Counted from the stretch's first letter, positions 1-11,760 are shown. The stretch is DNA of 21,638 bases from Catajapyx aquilonaris (GCA_000934665.2 KZ538321.1:62001-83638), one strand, 5' to 3'. Notes: generated by a model from the letters alone, not told the origin. Numbers and translations are program-made.

Positions 1-210
1 TCTTTGTGAACAGACCATGCAGAAGGTTATGTGAAATCCGGAGGATCCAAAAGGTACCGAAAGGCAAAAGTGCTGGCTGACTTGAGTATAGAGCTGACCC
101 TCTACTGCATATTCGATATGCAATATGAGTATATGACCATTGCTATAATTATATTATATATTTTATAGGCTAGATTACTCGCATGCAGGCTCTATAAGTA
201 TGTTTATACC

Positions 211-418
211 AGAGTGGTGGCAAAGGTGTGCCCTTCCTGTGGGACCTGGGTTTATTGAGGATTCTTACTATATACAGCAGATGATTTTGGCGATTTCCGC
301 TTTATTACGGAAATATTGCTTGTTATACTCGTACAGTACGTTTAGAAACGCCCTGTCATGCCCTCTATTCTGCGACGACCCGCCAAATACATGGGTCACA
401 TAGCTAGTAGGATGATCC
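211..418 (+). other. Weak fold-back domain S0 (putative RNA structure)
   Basis: AGAG/GTGGCA/GGTG (211-228) pairs with CGCC/TGTCAT/CTCT (349-366) using three G-U pairs on +. GGGTCA 393-398 pairs with TGATCC 413-418. The stems are short. Confidence 0.3.
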
Positions 419-471
419 CGGATGATCCTTATTACCAGCGTGTCTAAGGAGTTTCTGAACGTAACAAACAA

Positions 472-554
472 TACGTCCGTAATGAACCTGAATTCGCCAA
501 AGCTTGGCGAATTCAGCTTCATTAGTCTACGGACGTAATTATTCGGAATAATTA
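472..554. repeat. Near-perfect palindromic hairpin plus an adjacent short palindrome (possible MITE remnant)
   Basis: CTGAATTCGCCAA 488-500 / TTGGCGAATTCAG 504-516 (13 bp, 3-nt loop). It extends with TAATGAA/TTCATTA and TACGTCCGT 472-480 / ACGGACGTA 529-537. TAATTATTC-G-GAATAATTA follows at 536-554. Confidence 0.8.
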
Positions 555-974
555 GTGTAATTTTTCCTCTGCAAAAACTTCATTACGAGGAAATAAGTAC
601 GCAACGATGTAAAAAATGTTTTGTTTTTTATGGAAGTTAGCATTATAAATAATACAGGGTGACACTTTAGATTAAACCGGCATTTGACTGTAGATCATGA
701 ATGTATGAGATAATTGAGGTAAAATGGTGCTAATATAAGCGCAAGGTACAGTTTATAGGGCATTCACAGGATTTATTTCTTTATTTTGCTATGCTGGAAG
801 CTAAATTCTGGAGCAAAATGTGAATGTTTAAACGGTCCCATAAAGGTGATGTATAGAATACAATCATTGCAAGTTAATTCAATGAGCTGAGATATGAAGC
901 TTGGAATGTTACTATTTAAACTTGCCACAGAGAAGGCACTGAGAAACGGTATAATTTTAATATTAATTTATGTA

Positions 975-1147
975 TCCGGAGTTGCTTCCGTAATTAATAG
1001 GCCACAGCCGCTTCCTTCCGTCCCTATCCTATCCCAAAAAGCGCAGTAAAATGAAAGCAAAGCGTTCCGGGCAAAACAAACTTCCCCCCTAAAGAGCCGA
1101 AAAAGGCGGATAACGGGGTATGAATTTATTTATTTATTATTTATTAT
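975..1147 (+). mobile_element. 5'-truncated SINE, family A (3' half plus TTTA/TTA-rich tail)
   Basis: Aligns with the reverse complement of about 20480-20640 (e.g. CAGCCGCTTCCTTCCGTCCCTATCCTATCCCAAAAAAGC...GATAACGGGGTATGAATT). Flanked by an exact 15-bp duplication ATATTAATTTATGTA at 960-974 and 1148-1162. Confidence 0.93.
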
Positions 1148-2778
1148 ATATTAATTTATGTAGAAATGAGCGAGTTGACTCAAATCTTTTCGAGCGGTCC
1201 CATAATTATACAGTGCCGTATATAATTGTTCACAAAAAAATGCGACCAAAAATATTCTGCTGTAACAGCCCTATAGTGGTCGTTCAATACCCAGTCAATA
1301 TAACAGTCCTTCAATTTTGACTAAAAATTTGGCTCCATTTATTATTGCCATAAAAATTTCCCAAAGCAAAATAAGCGTCCTATTTCATATACATCTTAAT
1401 TAATAGTATATTTTAGTGGCTACCAGGTACCTTCTTTCATGTTTAACAATCAGGCGACATCCCATTGTGTGAGAAAAGTGACCACAGGACTGCGACGAAC
1501 ACGAAATCAGAACCCATTGATGCATCAGTATTAAATTGTCTGTGGTGCTCCTTATGTGGCGCTGTAAATTGCCTGATTTCTTTTGTAATGTTTTCTCTCA
1601 GTGAGAAAATATTGTAAGACGTTTATTATGGAACATGCTTTCCTCAAGACTGCTAAAAATAAATAAATCAGAAGATAACCGTTCAGGTGGCAGTGGCGTC
1701 GTATGCCCAATGATTCTAGGGGATATCACTTGATTCTCTAAGAAACATGGATTTTTCTGAAATATTGCGCCCGTCAAATATTTCTAAAATGTTCTATATG
1801 ATTGTAACTTGATATGAACCGGTAGCAGCAGGGAGTTTCCGTAAAAGCCACAGTCTGATGTCTTGTAGGCATATACCACGTATACATAATGCAATAATAA
1901 TATTTAAGTCACGATCTGTGAATGAAGGCCACGGGAGACTGTGAGAGATATGAACAAGGCAACTGACGCATAGCACGACTTGATGTGAAGTGCACTTCAA
2001 TATAAAAAAATAGGTGTATGCAAATTAGGCCTACTGATATTATTCTCTATTTGCGGCCAATTTTATGTAGATTGCAATTTAAAATGCTCATTCTGTAAAA
2101 CGCACCATATAGCTGTAGGCTACACAGTATAAGATGTACGATTCTTACATCAATTATCCACGATGTTGCTCTATCGATAGAACAAAACTGTAAGCAGACG
2201 TAAGTTTTAATCATTGCTATACGTAGCCTATCAAATTTGAAATAGCGTCAACTCTGCTGGAGATGCTCAGCTTCATGTCACAGCATTGTTACTCCAATAA
2301 GCTTTGAGTCAAACGACTTTCCTGTGATTTACAACCATTTAATTGTTGTACACATAAAGCGAAGGTTTCGTTTTTAAATAGGATGGTCATGCAGAGATGC
2401 CTAAGATAGAGGACAGCAGTCAAGCATCGCTGTAGCATTCCAACAAATGAGACCGACAGATTATAGGAAATTTTCTCACCTCACGCCCTGCCAGTTAAGG
2501 TAACAGTTAAAACCAGTCAGTAGGCCTATCACTGAAGTTATTCAACAAAAAGAAACAAGAACCATCACGATTCACTATAGAAGAGCAAGTCAGGAGATAT
2601 ACAGTATTTGCACTACTAATATTAATTTGAGTGCGAACCATTCTTATCGTAGTTTCTTATCGCTCTCATCAAGAAACACGTGCGAATCAAATGTCATCAT
2701 CACGAACATTCCCCATTGGCTAGTAGACTATAATGCCAGGTCCAAGCAAGAGCGACATGCAGGCTATCTACAACTCAC

Positions 2779-2835
2779 CGTATCTTGAACATGCTGGTCC
2801 GAGCGAAACAGAGTGGGTGATGTCACTGGCTTCCG
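2779..2835 (-). CDS. Candidate small internal exon (57 nt, or 15 nt using the acceptor at 2794-2795)
   Basis: Strong donor ACG|GTGAGT with GT at 2778-2777. Two possible acceptors (gtgttctag, tcggaccag) both give lengths divisible by 3. No recognisable homology. Confidence 0.3.
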
Positions 2836-3197
2836 CTAGAACACTGAGGAGCCCCTGGGGAGCCATGGATCACCAGGACAACCACATTGCCCAGGCCCAA
2901 GTTCAAAAGCCCAGTCTTCAAGCCCTACTACGCTGCTGCTGCCTCTTGTTGAAACCACCCACCACGCGAGGAGGACAACCAGGCCCCATGCGGTGGAGGA
3001 AGAAGCAAAGGGGGGAGTCGAAGCAGTGGTCAATTTGAGGTGACCCCCTAGAGCAAGGAGCAAGCAGGCAGCAGACGCAGCGTGCAAGAGTTGGGATGTG
3101 ATTCAAGCAGCAGCTGGTCGGTCCTCCCTTACGCCATCAGGCAGTCAAGGGAACATTTGACCTGCCCTCTTGGCCCATTATCCACAGGGAAGCCTGG
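2828..3197 (+). other. Fold-back domain S1 (putative RNA structure)
   Basis: Nested stems: GGCTTCC 2828-2834 / GGAAGCC 3188-3194; CCCAGTCTT 2910-2918 / AAGAGTTGGG 3086-3095; ACGCTGC 2930-2936 / GCAGCGT 3077-3083; CTGCTGCCT 2936-2944 / AGGCAGCAG 3066-3074. Side hairpin GGCAGTCAA...TTGACCTGCC at 3140-3166. Confidence 0.55.
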
Positions 3198-3225
3198 TAG
3201 CTAGCTGAAATGGACCAATGGCGGC

Positions 3226-3515
3226 TCCGGATTCAAGCTTGGCGACGGCGCCCATTCACACTAGTTATTGGCCCGGAGAGGGCGGAGTTTTCACCGTACC
3301 GCTTCTCCGCCAATCCGGATTCCCTACTTTCACGAATGGAAGCCAGCCTTTGCTCACACCATGGGATATTATGTTCCCAGTACAATCCAACTACTTCTGT
3401 AGCTTGGATTATTTCAAGGCGATATTGCTTGCAATTGCCACCAGCCCACTTCTGGTTTCGCTTAATGGCCAGGGACACTCACATGCTGGCCACTAGGCCA
3501 CACGTGGGCACGTGC
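3226..3515 (+). other. Multi-hairpin domain S2 (putative RNA structure)
   Basis: TCCGGATT 3226-3233 / AATCCGGA 3312-3319; GGCGGAG 3281-3287 / CTCCGCC 3305-3311; AATCCAA-CTAC 3384-3394 / GTAG-C-TTGGATT 3399-3410; TGGCCAG 3466-3472 / CTGGCCA 3486-3492. Confidence 0.55.
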
Positions 3516-4548
3516 AGGTTTTAGCCAGGAAGAGTGTGAATTCGGGATAGTTGGTGTAGATTCCAAGTATTTGCTGTCGTTTTCTTGCGATAAGCTTGGT
3601 GTAGTCTACCGTTTAGAATGATCAGGAAGTGATTACAATTTTACAACAGCATAATTATACTCATAATACTATGATCAAATTACCATATTGTAAGTCCAAA
3701 ATTGATGTGGATTGAGTAGCGTAAACTGTCGGGTTGCAATAAAATAAGAGGAAATTTCCTTCCGCGTACGAAATATAATAGTTGATTCAATAACGGAACT
3801 CTGAGGCCTTAGCGCGATGAAAATTTTGCTTCCAGTACGAGCGATAGTTTTGCCCTTCCCTGAAAATCTGATGAATCAGGCGACGCATATCTCAGCATAG
3901 AAAAATATTTATTGTTTAGAGGACTATGAAAGTTTATCTGGCATGACAAGCAATGCAGGCCATGTTGCAAAATAATATTTGTTTAAAATTTTCAAAGGTA
4001 TAAAAGATTGGATGATAATTTTTTAACTTCCCAATGGGCTATACAATATTACAACTTGTAAGTTATTTCAAACGTCACATTGGTTTACAACTAGACTATA
4101 TTATGGTAATGCAGAGGGTTTCTGGGCAACCTAAGTCCAGAGTGGACACTCTCTGGCTACATTTTTCGAAAACAGCACTTCAAACAGTCATAATACTGTA
4201 TAATATTATCCTATTGGGAAGTATCCTGTCAACAATAATGGAGTGTACACTATACATATGCAAGCATGCTCTATTTGATACGCACTATTTATTATTATTC
4301 TCTAGTCCACCAAATATTTTCTTCGTATTAGTTTTCTCATGCACTGCAAGTAGATTTAATGGTGCAGTGATTGACCAGCCACGAATATTTTAACTATGTA
4401 ACATGTCGCTGCTGTAGGCCTGTAAGGATTTGGCACATATATATACTGCATGCCATATTATTTGTGTGCAGAATATAAAGACGTGAACCGTTTGACATCT
4501 TAATAATACCTGCTTTGGCACCAGCCCTATTATACATCATTTGAAAAT

Positions 4549-5103
4549 TTCCCAAAGTAGCTCCCATTTTTCAAACTAAATGGTTCCAAGCTGCTGGAGT
4601 CCACTACATCTGCAGCTGAATGGGAGTCAGTGACTTGGACTCCAATGCTTTGGGAAGTGATGTGTGGAGAGGGGCCTACAGAGTGTCTCTGGAACGTGAT
4701 GAAGGGGTTGTGAGAAAGGTGTTCCGGAAGCCTCCAGAACGGAACTGGAACACAAAGCTGGCGAGAGGGCCAGAAGTTAGTATTGTGGCGCGCCTGCTAT
4801 CTATTACCCTTTTGTCCATCTTGTCACGGTCTCCCTTGTTGACCAAGGGCCGAGCTGGGGCTATTCAGCTCCAAGGAGTGAGCGTGTGCCATGCCTCGAG
4901 AGCTTTTCCAGCTGACAGGCAGCATTCCCCAGCCCAACATCCCCATGAGCATCGCCATTTGCCCCATCCATTTGCCTGCCTCACCCCGCAGAGCTATTCT
5001 GTGCACACCCTTATATATACCGACCTCACTGTGGACCCTGTGCTGGCTGGATGTATGCAGCCGAGAGCTGCGGTCAAAAGCTCTGCAACTCAGCCCTCGT
5101 CAA
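4549..5103 (+). other. Fold-back domain S3 (putative RNA structure)
   Basis: TGGAGTCCA 4595-4603 / TGGACTCCA 4636-4644; GTGTTCCGG 4719-4727 / CTGGAACAC 4745-4753 (G-U); TTGACCAAGGGCCGAGCTG 4839-4857 / CAACTCAGCCCTCGTCAA 5086-5103; AGAGCTTTT 4899-4907 / AAAAGCTCT 5076-5084. Confidence 0.6.
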
Positions 5104-6176
5104 ATAAGAGCTCCCCAAAGAGACTAATGTAGTGTCAAGCTGTCACATCTCATATTTACCAGAATAATTAATGACTCCCCTTTCAGATTTATGCACGATT
5201 TTCTCCCAATTCTTGTTATGATCATATGAATTCGGGGGATGTACAGATGTATATAGCATGCACTGTAGCAGTAGTGTTGTAACATTAATTTCATATGCGG
5301 AATGAGGTCATGAATAATTTTATGATGATTGTAGGCTATATAAAAAAAGGAAGAAGATGAATGTTGGCTATATAAATTATGTAAGACAGACCTAGGATTC
5401 CTCAATTAATATTATAGGCACAACAGGCCTGCAACGAATAAAGTATATTTTATATTGATATATACATCAGTGCATAGATCTGGAGCATGAGGCATGTTAG
5501 CTTACTTTATACAGCTGTGCCTTTTAGCCTGTAGCCTAATGAATAGGATACAATTGCGGTCATGGGTGCGTTTTTGTAATAATGAGAAGGGAACACGCCT
5601 ATAAAAATTAATTAAGAGTAACGCTAAATCCTCAAGACAAAACAGGCTGATCTCAGTCTATAACTATGGCTTTTATATCGGGTGTTCTGAGGTTAAAAGT
5701 GGAGAATTTGTTCATCATATAATAAGATTTTCTTCAAAAAGCTGTTTTTCATTAGGGAGCTGATTTGAAACTTATTATGGTCACAAAATTAATCTCTCCA
5801 GATTTTTGCCCATCCATTTTTTATAATTATTTTTTGATAAAAACCCTATAATTTATGCATATACCCTGACCTAACATTCCGGAAGAGCATTATGTCATCA
5901 TTCAATGTATAGAAAGCACCTTGTTAAAATAAATATTATCACACAACTAAGATAGCAGGATACCATTGGTCTTACTCACTTATACAATAATCTCTATACA
6001 AAACACAATACTGGACAACGCATTGAATTAGTTTAGTAATTTCCCAATCACAATGCATTCTCCATTGAGTGCGTTTCCTTTTAAACACCCTGCATTTTCC
6101 CGCATTGATGACGTTTACAGCACGGTCTAAAGTTCTTATCCATAGGTAGCTACTGGTTTTATGTTAGGGATGAAGT

Positions 6177-6348
6177 GAGGGGAGGAAGGGACGAGCGCAC
6201 GGAAAGGTCTCTGGCCTGCCAACAACACTCCCAACAGCTCTAAAGATGGATGGAGGTGGGATTCTTCCTGGCCATACACACAGGATGGAGATTAGTGCAG
6301 ATCCCACCAGAAATGTTAGGCACAACTTTCGAAAGAACTTTCTCCCTC
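6177..6348 (+). other. Fold-back domain S4 (putative RNA structure)
   Basis: GAGGGGAGGAAG 6177-6188 / CTTTCTCCCTC 6338-6348; GGTGGGATT 6255-6263 / GATCCCACC 6300-6308 (G-U); inner TCCTG/CAGGA. Confidence 0.5.
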
Positions 6349-6799
6349 TAAACTCTATACAGTCGAGACCCGATACATTATGGTTGAAAATGTGTGAAGG
6401 ACATTGAACTATAACGAAAACAACATATATTGTAGGTTGCTCAGAATAAAGTCCATGAAGCCAAGGTAAAACATACTGTAACCCCAACCATTTAATATCT
6501 ATAACTCTAACTATAAAATTGAACTATTATTTTGGAGTGAATGGCAAATAACCTGACTGCCAATTTATGTCAACAAAATGGGTTGTATTATATTCATAAA
6601 CCTGCGTGCATCTTTCTTCGCATATACTGCAAGTTACTGTAGGGCTATATAGCGAACAAAATAAATGTTCGGCACTCCTGGTCATAAGTCTGCGCATACA
6701 ACTTGAGGCTGGAGTCTATCGTAAACTCTCGAAAGTTGAAAACACGAATCTGCAATCGCCTTTTGAAACCCAAAGTAGCAGCATCTCTGCCCTGCAGGG

Positions 6800-6864
6800 T
6801 CTCTCTCTCTCTCCCTTTTTTTCTCTCTCTTCTCTTTCTATCTCTTCTCTTCTCTCTCTCTCTC
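6800..6864. repeat. Imperfect (CT)n / polypyrimidine microsatellite
   Basis: TCTCTCTCTCTCTCCCTTTTTTTCTCTCTCTTCTC... read directly. Confidence 0.9.
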
Positions 6865-6928
6865 TGTCGACTTGTAACCGGACGGTTTCCCCTTTTGTGC
6901 GTCTAACAAGATGAAAGATGGCAACTCC

Positions 6929-7186
6929 GGGGGAGGAAATCTTGCTTCCGTTGCTTCAATCCCGCCTGCTTTGGGAAGGAGGGGATGGCGGGGACGGGTG
7001 GGCTCCCTCCTTCCCCTCCAGAATTGCCTTAGGCTGGAGACTGCAGGCTATTCAGCACCCCCGCTTCTCCCTCCCACCCCCTTCCTCCTCTATCCGAGTG
7101 TATATGGCGATCAATGAGAGCAAGGAGGGCGGGCGGGCAAGCCCCAGCAGCCACTATACACACTTTCTGCCAAACCTCTTCCTCCC
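6929..7186 (+). other. Fold-back domain S5 (putative RNA structure)
   Basis: GGGAGGAA 6931-6938 / TTCCTCCC 7179-7186; GGGAAGGAGGG 6973-6983 / CCCTCCTTCCC 7005-7015 (11 bp perfect); CTCCAG 7016-7021 / CTGGAG 7034-7039; GTGTATATGGC 7098-7108 / GCCACTATACAC 7150-7161. Confidence 0.6.
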
Positions 7187-7942
7187 AAGGCATTTTTATA
7201 CGTCCTTGTTGCTGCGCCAAAATACAAAAGAGGGGTGCATAACCACATTCAGTTATATTGGTTTCCATATGGGCTTGATGTGCAAAATGGAAAGTTGTAC
7301 AGGTATATTATGGTGTGTAAGAATCACATTCGGGCCAATATGTACTGTATATACTAAACATTATGGAAAGATGGTGTTCTTTAGCTCTTCTCGATAAACT
7401 GCGCTTTTCATCAATTATTTTTGCAAGTAAACTTATAGGTAATATAATGCGGCGTTTGACAAGTAGATTACGAAAACAACAGCAGTGCAGTTCTTGCTGC
7501 TGTAGACATTCCCTGTCTCGATATAGAGGCTGTCTATAAAACCAGTATTAATAGTGTGACCTTTGATTGTGTCATAAATAAGCAAAATCTGAGAGCTAGG
7601 ACATGATCAAAGAATTCATAAAGATGTGCCAAATTCAAACTATGTTTCGATTTTTGTTACTATCCCATCATAGTAGTGTACAATACAAGGCTTTTTTTAA
7701 ATATTTCCAGTGGGTGTATTATTATATTATTACAGTCAGTTCCAAAGAAACAAATCAATTTTTTGTACTTGGTTAACTCTGTAGATCCTTATCGGTCAGT
7801 ATTGTTACGTAACTTTTAATTATCCGCAAAACGAATAGTAGGATCTGCAGCCTTTAACCGCAAAAACCTACAGTACTGTATATGGTCTACTGCAGCAATA
7901 TATCTTGCAGACCATTCAGCATTCTTGTAGCAGTTTAGGATG

Positions 7943-8563
7943 GGCCAATCTGGCCACCCAAGTGCACATCACGCCTTGGGCACAATACTTATATGAATTC
8001 TAAAGCTCTATTTAAAGCCAGAATTAATGTAATCCATTGGCGAGATGCCCTCGTAAATCTTTGTAGCCAACCCTGCAAACAGTGTGTTGTAGGAGATCTC
8101 CCACAAGGGCTTTTGACAACCTGAGAGAGGCCGGAATAAGGATGGGGCCTGAAGGACGTTGCTGGTGGCTCAGGTGCTGACAACACTGCACAGGGAGGGG
8201 CGGCCAAGGAAAAAGGCATAGCTGGAAAGGCCTCAACTGGCCGGAAGTCCTTTCACTCAAGTCCTCCTCTGGCGCCCAGCAGACTACAAGCGACTGATCC
8301 CAACAAAAGGAGACCGAAGGACACCTTTTTTTTCTCTCTCTTTCTACAATCATCCTTCCGCGACCTATATATCTGCGGGACACAAGTGGTTTTGTGTGGG
8401 AGGGGATGCCCAATGGTTGAGGAAAATCTCATAAGTTCGCGATGAGCCAAGCTGGCAGATTGGAGATATCGCCCAGGCCTGTTGCAAAATGGGCGCGACA
8501 TTTCATGGCGACTTGTTTCCTCAGAGTGTGGGAATAGCCAGGAGTGACGCAAAGAAAAGAAGG
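7943..8563 (+). other. Multi-hairpin domain S6 (putative RNA structure)
   Basis: CCCAAG 7957-7962 / CTTGGG 7975-7980; GCCCTCGT/ACAAGGGC 8047-8110; CATCCTTCC...GGAGGGGATG 8351-8408 enclosing ACACAAG/TTTGTGT; TGAGGAAA 8418-8425 / TTTCCTCA 8516-8523; CGCCCA 8470-8475 / TGGGCG 8490-8495; pyrimidine tract 8324-8345 opposite purine tract 8551-8563. Confidence 0.5.
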
Positions 8564-8593
8564 TACAAAAAAATAAGAAAAGAGTCATCATCG

Positions 8594-8880
8594 TGCTGAG
8601 GACGAAATGGGGCCATGGAGATGCGAGGCAAAGTCTAGTTGGCGTGCTGCATGGCTGGCCGCGCGCTGGCTCGGGCCCGATCGAGTTGGAAAATGGAGGC
8701 GTGGGCAGGCAGGGAGAGATTCTCACGGGATCGGCCAGATGCCAGAGGCCATCATCAGGCGATCGAGCAGTGAGCATGAAATGGCTGATAGGAGGGCCCG
8801 GGACCAGCGCAGAAAGGCACGGCTATCGAGCACTTTGCCAACCCCTCCCTCGCCACCACCCTAAACCCCTTCGTTAAGCA
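8594..8880 (+). other. Long nested fold-back domain S7 (putative RNA structure)
   Basis: Ordered nesting: GACGAA 8601-8606 / TTCGTT 8870-8875; GCGAGG 8623-8628 / CCTCGC 8848-8853; GGCAAAGT 8627-8634 / ACTTTGCC 8832-8839; GCGCTGGCTCGGGCCC 8663-8678 / GGGCCCGGGACCAGCGC 8794-8810. Confidence 0.7.
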
Positions 8881-9507
8881 ATACAGAATATGTGGTCATG
8901 GCCGGCAATTCAGATGGCAATCGCTTGCCTACACGATGACACCAGCCAATGCAAATCAAAATGTCAGCAATCAAAGTGGTATTTGTGTAGCATGGAAACC
9001 TAGGGCAAACGCATGGCTATTATAGCCTCTGCTTTATTGGATTAGTCGGAGAAAGGGAACAAAACTGGCCTGTTGCTGTTGTAAAATATCGATGGCCAAT
9101 ACAGGGTGATTCAGTGCTACCCTCAAAACAGCTGTAAATTATACTTAATGAAGACTGTCATAGGTGTTTGGAGGAATTTTGGCAATTTATATCCTATTTG
9201 ATGGAGAGGTCACATAATAATGGAAAATGATTATTAAATTCATTATTGAATTAACTCAATATCGTGCAACTAAGAGAATGGAGAATTTTTCTTTTCAAAT
9301 GACAAAATACCACAATAGTACAAGATAAGTCTGATTTTATAGGCTTTGAAATTACAGTACTACAGTTATTATAAGCATTATATCCATACTGCTCAGTATC
9401 TTTCATACATGGGTGAATCAAATACGAACACTCGTTATTGTTGTTAATGATGTGTTCTCTTTCAAAAAAAAAAGTTTCGCCCAGATGTACTGTACAGTAT
9501 GCTCTTC

Positions 9508-9679
9508 GGAGGCATTCACAAGCTCGCGACAAACCCGTTCCCGCCACGCTTCTTTGGCAGTGCACATTCTATTCGCTAGCTGGCGCTCTTAGCTCTTACA
9601 GTAGTTAGCTCGAGCCAGTGGAGTGCAACTCGCTGACAAAAAGCTTGGCGAGAAAGCCTCTCTTGCGAGCTTGGGCCTC
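9508..9679. mobile_element. Degenerate MITE related to the element at 15250-15399, opposite orientation
   Basis: Imperfect TIRs GGAGGCATTCACAAGCTCGCGA 9508-9529 / TTGCGAGCTTGGGCCTC 9663-9679. Shares the CAAGCTCGCGA core with 15260-15270. Internal AAGCTTGGCGAGAAAGCC resembles the reverse complement of GGCTTCTCGCTCAAGCTT (15329-15346). Confidence 0.65.
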
Positions 9680-9823
9680 CCTATAAATCAGTTATAAAAA
9701 TAAAAATATTAATATTAATAAAAATTGTTATAACTTAATACTGTTAATAAGATAGATACAAAAATGCAAATCCCAGTATAATAAGTAACTTATATGCTAC
9801 TTGGGCATCTTGATTACACATCT

Positions 9824-9867
9824 CATTCACTTCATGCACTTCACATGCACTTCAATTCACTTCATGC
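9824..9867. repeat. Short degenerate tandem repeat (CACTTCA core x4)
   Basis: CATTCACTTCATGCACTTCACATGCACTTCAATTCACTTCATGC. Confidence 0.75.
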
Positions 9868-9977
9868 GCTTATTCCAAATTCCAATACAAATCCTGAGTC
9901 AGCTTGATTGTAGACATTTTATAACCATATTCCCCTGATAGGCGGAAATCGTAAAATAGAAACAGGTATGATCAAAC

Positions 9978-10390
9978 AAAGGGGTTGGAGGAAGTAGAGA
10001 TCTGTCCATTAGCACTGGTAGTAGGCATGTACAATGGCATGGACGCCTGAAAGACGAGTGTCCTTCCTCCGCGGGGGTCACTTGTGCCTTGGGCTATAGA
10101 GAAGCCCCCCTGCTGGCCCCCAATTGGATGCCGTCTGCCCCCAAACAGGCAGACCCCCCCAGCACAGAAAATGAGCAAAAGGAATGGGCTTGTCCTGCCA
10201 ATTGCCGCAATTTTCTGCCTCGACGCCCCCGGATCTATTCAGAAAGATCTTCCCTTCCTCACTTCCCTTTGGCGAGCTGCATGGTGTAAATGCCCCCCGG
10301 GTGAGGAGAGGTGAGGGCAGGGAGGTGGGGAGAAAACAGGCAACGGGAAATCCACGCCCAGGAATGGATCAGGTGGATCAGGTGAGACAA
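9978..10390 (+). other. Branched fold-back domain S8 (putative RNA structure)
   Basis: GGAGGAAG 9987-9994 / CTTCCTCC 10063-10070; GTCCAT/ATGGAC 10004-10044; GGGGGTCA 10073-10080 / TGGCCCCC 10114-10121 (G-U); GTCTGCC 10133-10139 / GGCAGAC 10148-10154. Nested TTGCC, TTTTCT, GCCTC (10202-10221) pair with GAGGT, AGAAAA, GGCAA (10322-10343). TCCTCACT 10256-10263 / GGTGAGGA 10300-10307. Confidence 0.65.
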
Positions 10391-10723
10391 AATTGGAGCC
10401 AAAAACAGCTACCACATTGCAACAAAAACAGTCCAGCTCCATTTCTGTAATTGAATCTTATTGTAGAAGAAATTGATTTTGAATATTTTTAAATTAATTT
10501 TTGTTAAACTCTAGCAATAATGTGGCAGAATCACGCGGGTTTAAATATGATCAGGTTTAACTGCAACATTTTCAGCTAAATATTGCTGTCGGAATGTTAT
10601 CACTCGAGTGTCACTGAGATCACCAAATAACGTATAGCTGCAATCATGATAATTGAAGTAGAGAAGCAGTTATTTAAAGCAAATTTGACTTGGACCTTGC
10701 TACACCCTGTCCACCTGCCAAAA

Positions 10724-10927
10724 GAAAAGTGACTTTTCAGAAAGGGTCGACCCCTGTGCGAGCGGGGGCGCCAACCAACTGATATGCATTGCATTGGCGT
10801 GTTGGTTATGTCGTGGGAAGAGCACAGCTGGTCAAGACGAGCCAGCCCCTGCTTCGTGACACACTCTACTGTATTTAAATGAGGACGGAAGCCTCCAGTG
10901 GGAGGGAGACGCACGGAATAGGCCGAC
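10724..10927 (+). other. Branched fold-back domain S9 (putative RNA structure)
   Basis: GAAAAG/CTTTTC 10724-10738; CTGTGCG 10754-10760 / CGCACGG 10910-10916 (G-U); GCGCCAA 10768-10774 / TTGGCGT 10794-10800 (G-U); GCTGGT/GCCAGC; CCTCC/GGAGG. Confidence 0.5.
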
Positions 10928-11760
10928 AAGCCAGCATTTCTCATCCAACTTTTCCACCAGCTATAGCTATTCCATTTCAAATCTGATAACTTATCTCGTC
11001 TCAATCAGTGCTTCACATTTGCACTTGGAGTACAAACTGCGTCCTAGTATTCATTATAAGTGGCCTCAATTTGACACTGGGCAGTATATTGCCTGTGTCA
11101 CACAAGCTGCCTTTTTATATCAATTGGTCCTTATTTTTTACATCAAGAACAACGGCAGCAGTTGTCTGTCGATTTTATCAGAATGTGATAACTTTTTGAT
11201 ATTGTGATATATCATAAAAGCCATTCCACATTGATTCTCGTATTCAAAATAGCTTGACTAGTGCTATAGAACAAATGAAGTTGCCTATATACGGCGTGTT
11301 TCATCATTTAGCTTACATCCGTCTCTGCAGAAATGGCGTGTACGCATTTTGAATAAGGAAAGAGATACGGGCGGTACGGGTATGCAATAATTCCGTACAT
11401 GAAACCGTGAGATGACATTGCACTTTTGTCACAATGTCGCAAGAATCAATAAGTTATCTCAAGGTTTGCTTGCTTGTGATAAGGTTTTTTTTATGTCCTT
11501 TCAATATATATACTTATCAAGAGTTGAATGTACTGCCGAAAGTTTCAGGTGAACAAGTGATGGACACAGCATGAACTAGGAAGGCACAAGAATAAACACA
11601 ACGCCTTGTGTGATCCACCCAACATCAGGCTGCCTAACCATCAGGATGAACCTTGCCCTTCTGAGAAGTAAAGATGGTTATCAATCACCTACTTCCATAC
11701 AAATTATAGATACGATCAGGCTGGACTCCTGCATAACATGTCACCCACATGTGACAATCA

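Noticed and set aside
6720..6902. Minus-strand Arg/Glu-rich exon after the acceptor at 6903
   Set aside because: The charged peptide derives from the GA microsatellite and there is no convincing donor.
8590..8620. Hammerhead-like CTGAGGA-C-GAAA
   Set aside because: There is no stem II, and the cleavage triplet would be AUG rather than NUH.
8725..8760. Minus-strand CTGATGA-TGGCC...GGCC-GATC resembling a hammerhead core
   Set aside because: It lacks the essential GAAA and I found no stem I or III.
4620..8877. Longest ORFs (170, 159, 174, 129 aa)
   Set aside because: They overlap on both strands within GC-rich fold-back islands, have atypical composition and show no recognisable domain.
653..9115. 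TACAGGGTG mariner-like TIR starts at 653 and 9100
   Set aside because: I found no matching opposite TIR nearby; at most these are decayed remnants.
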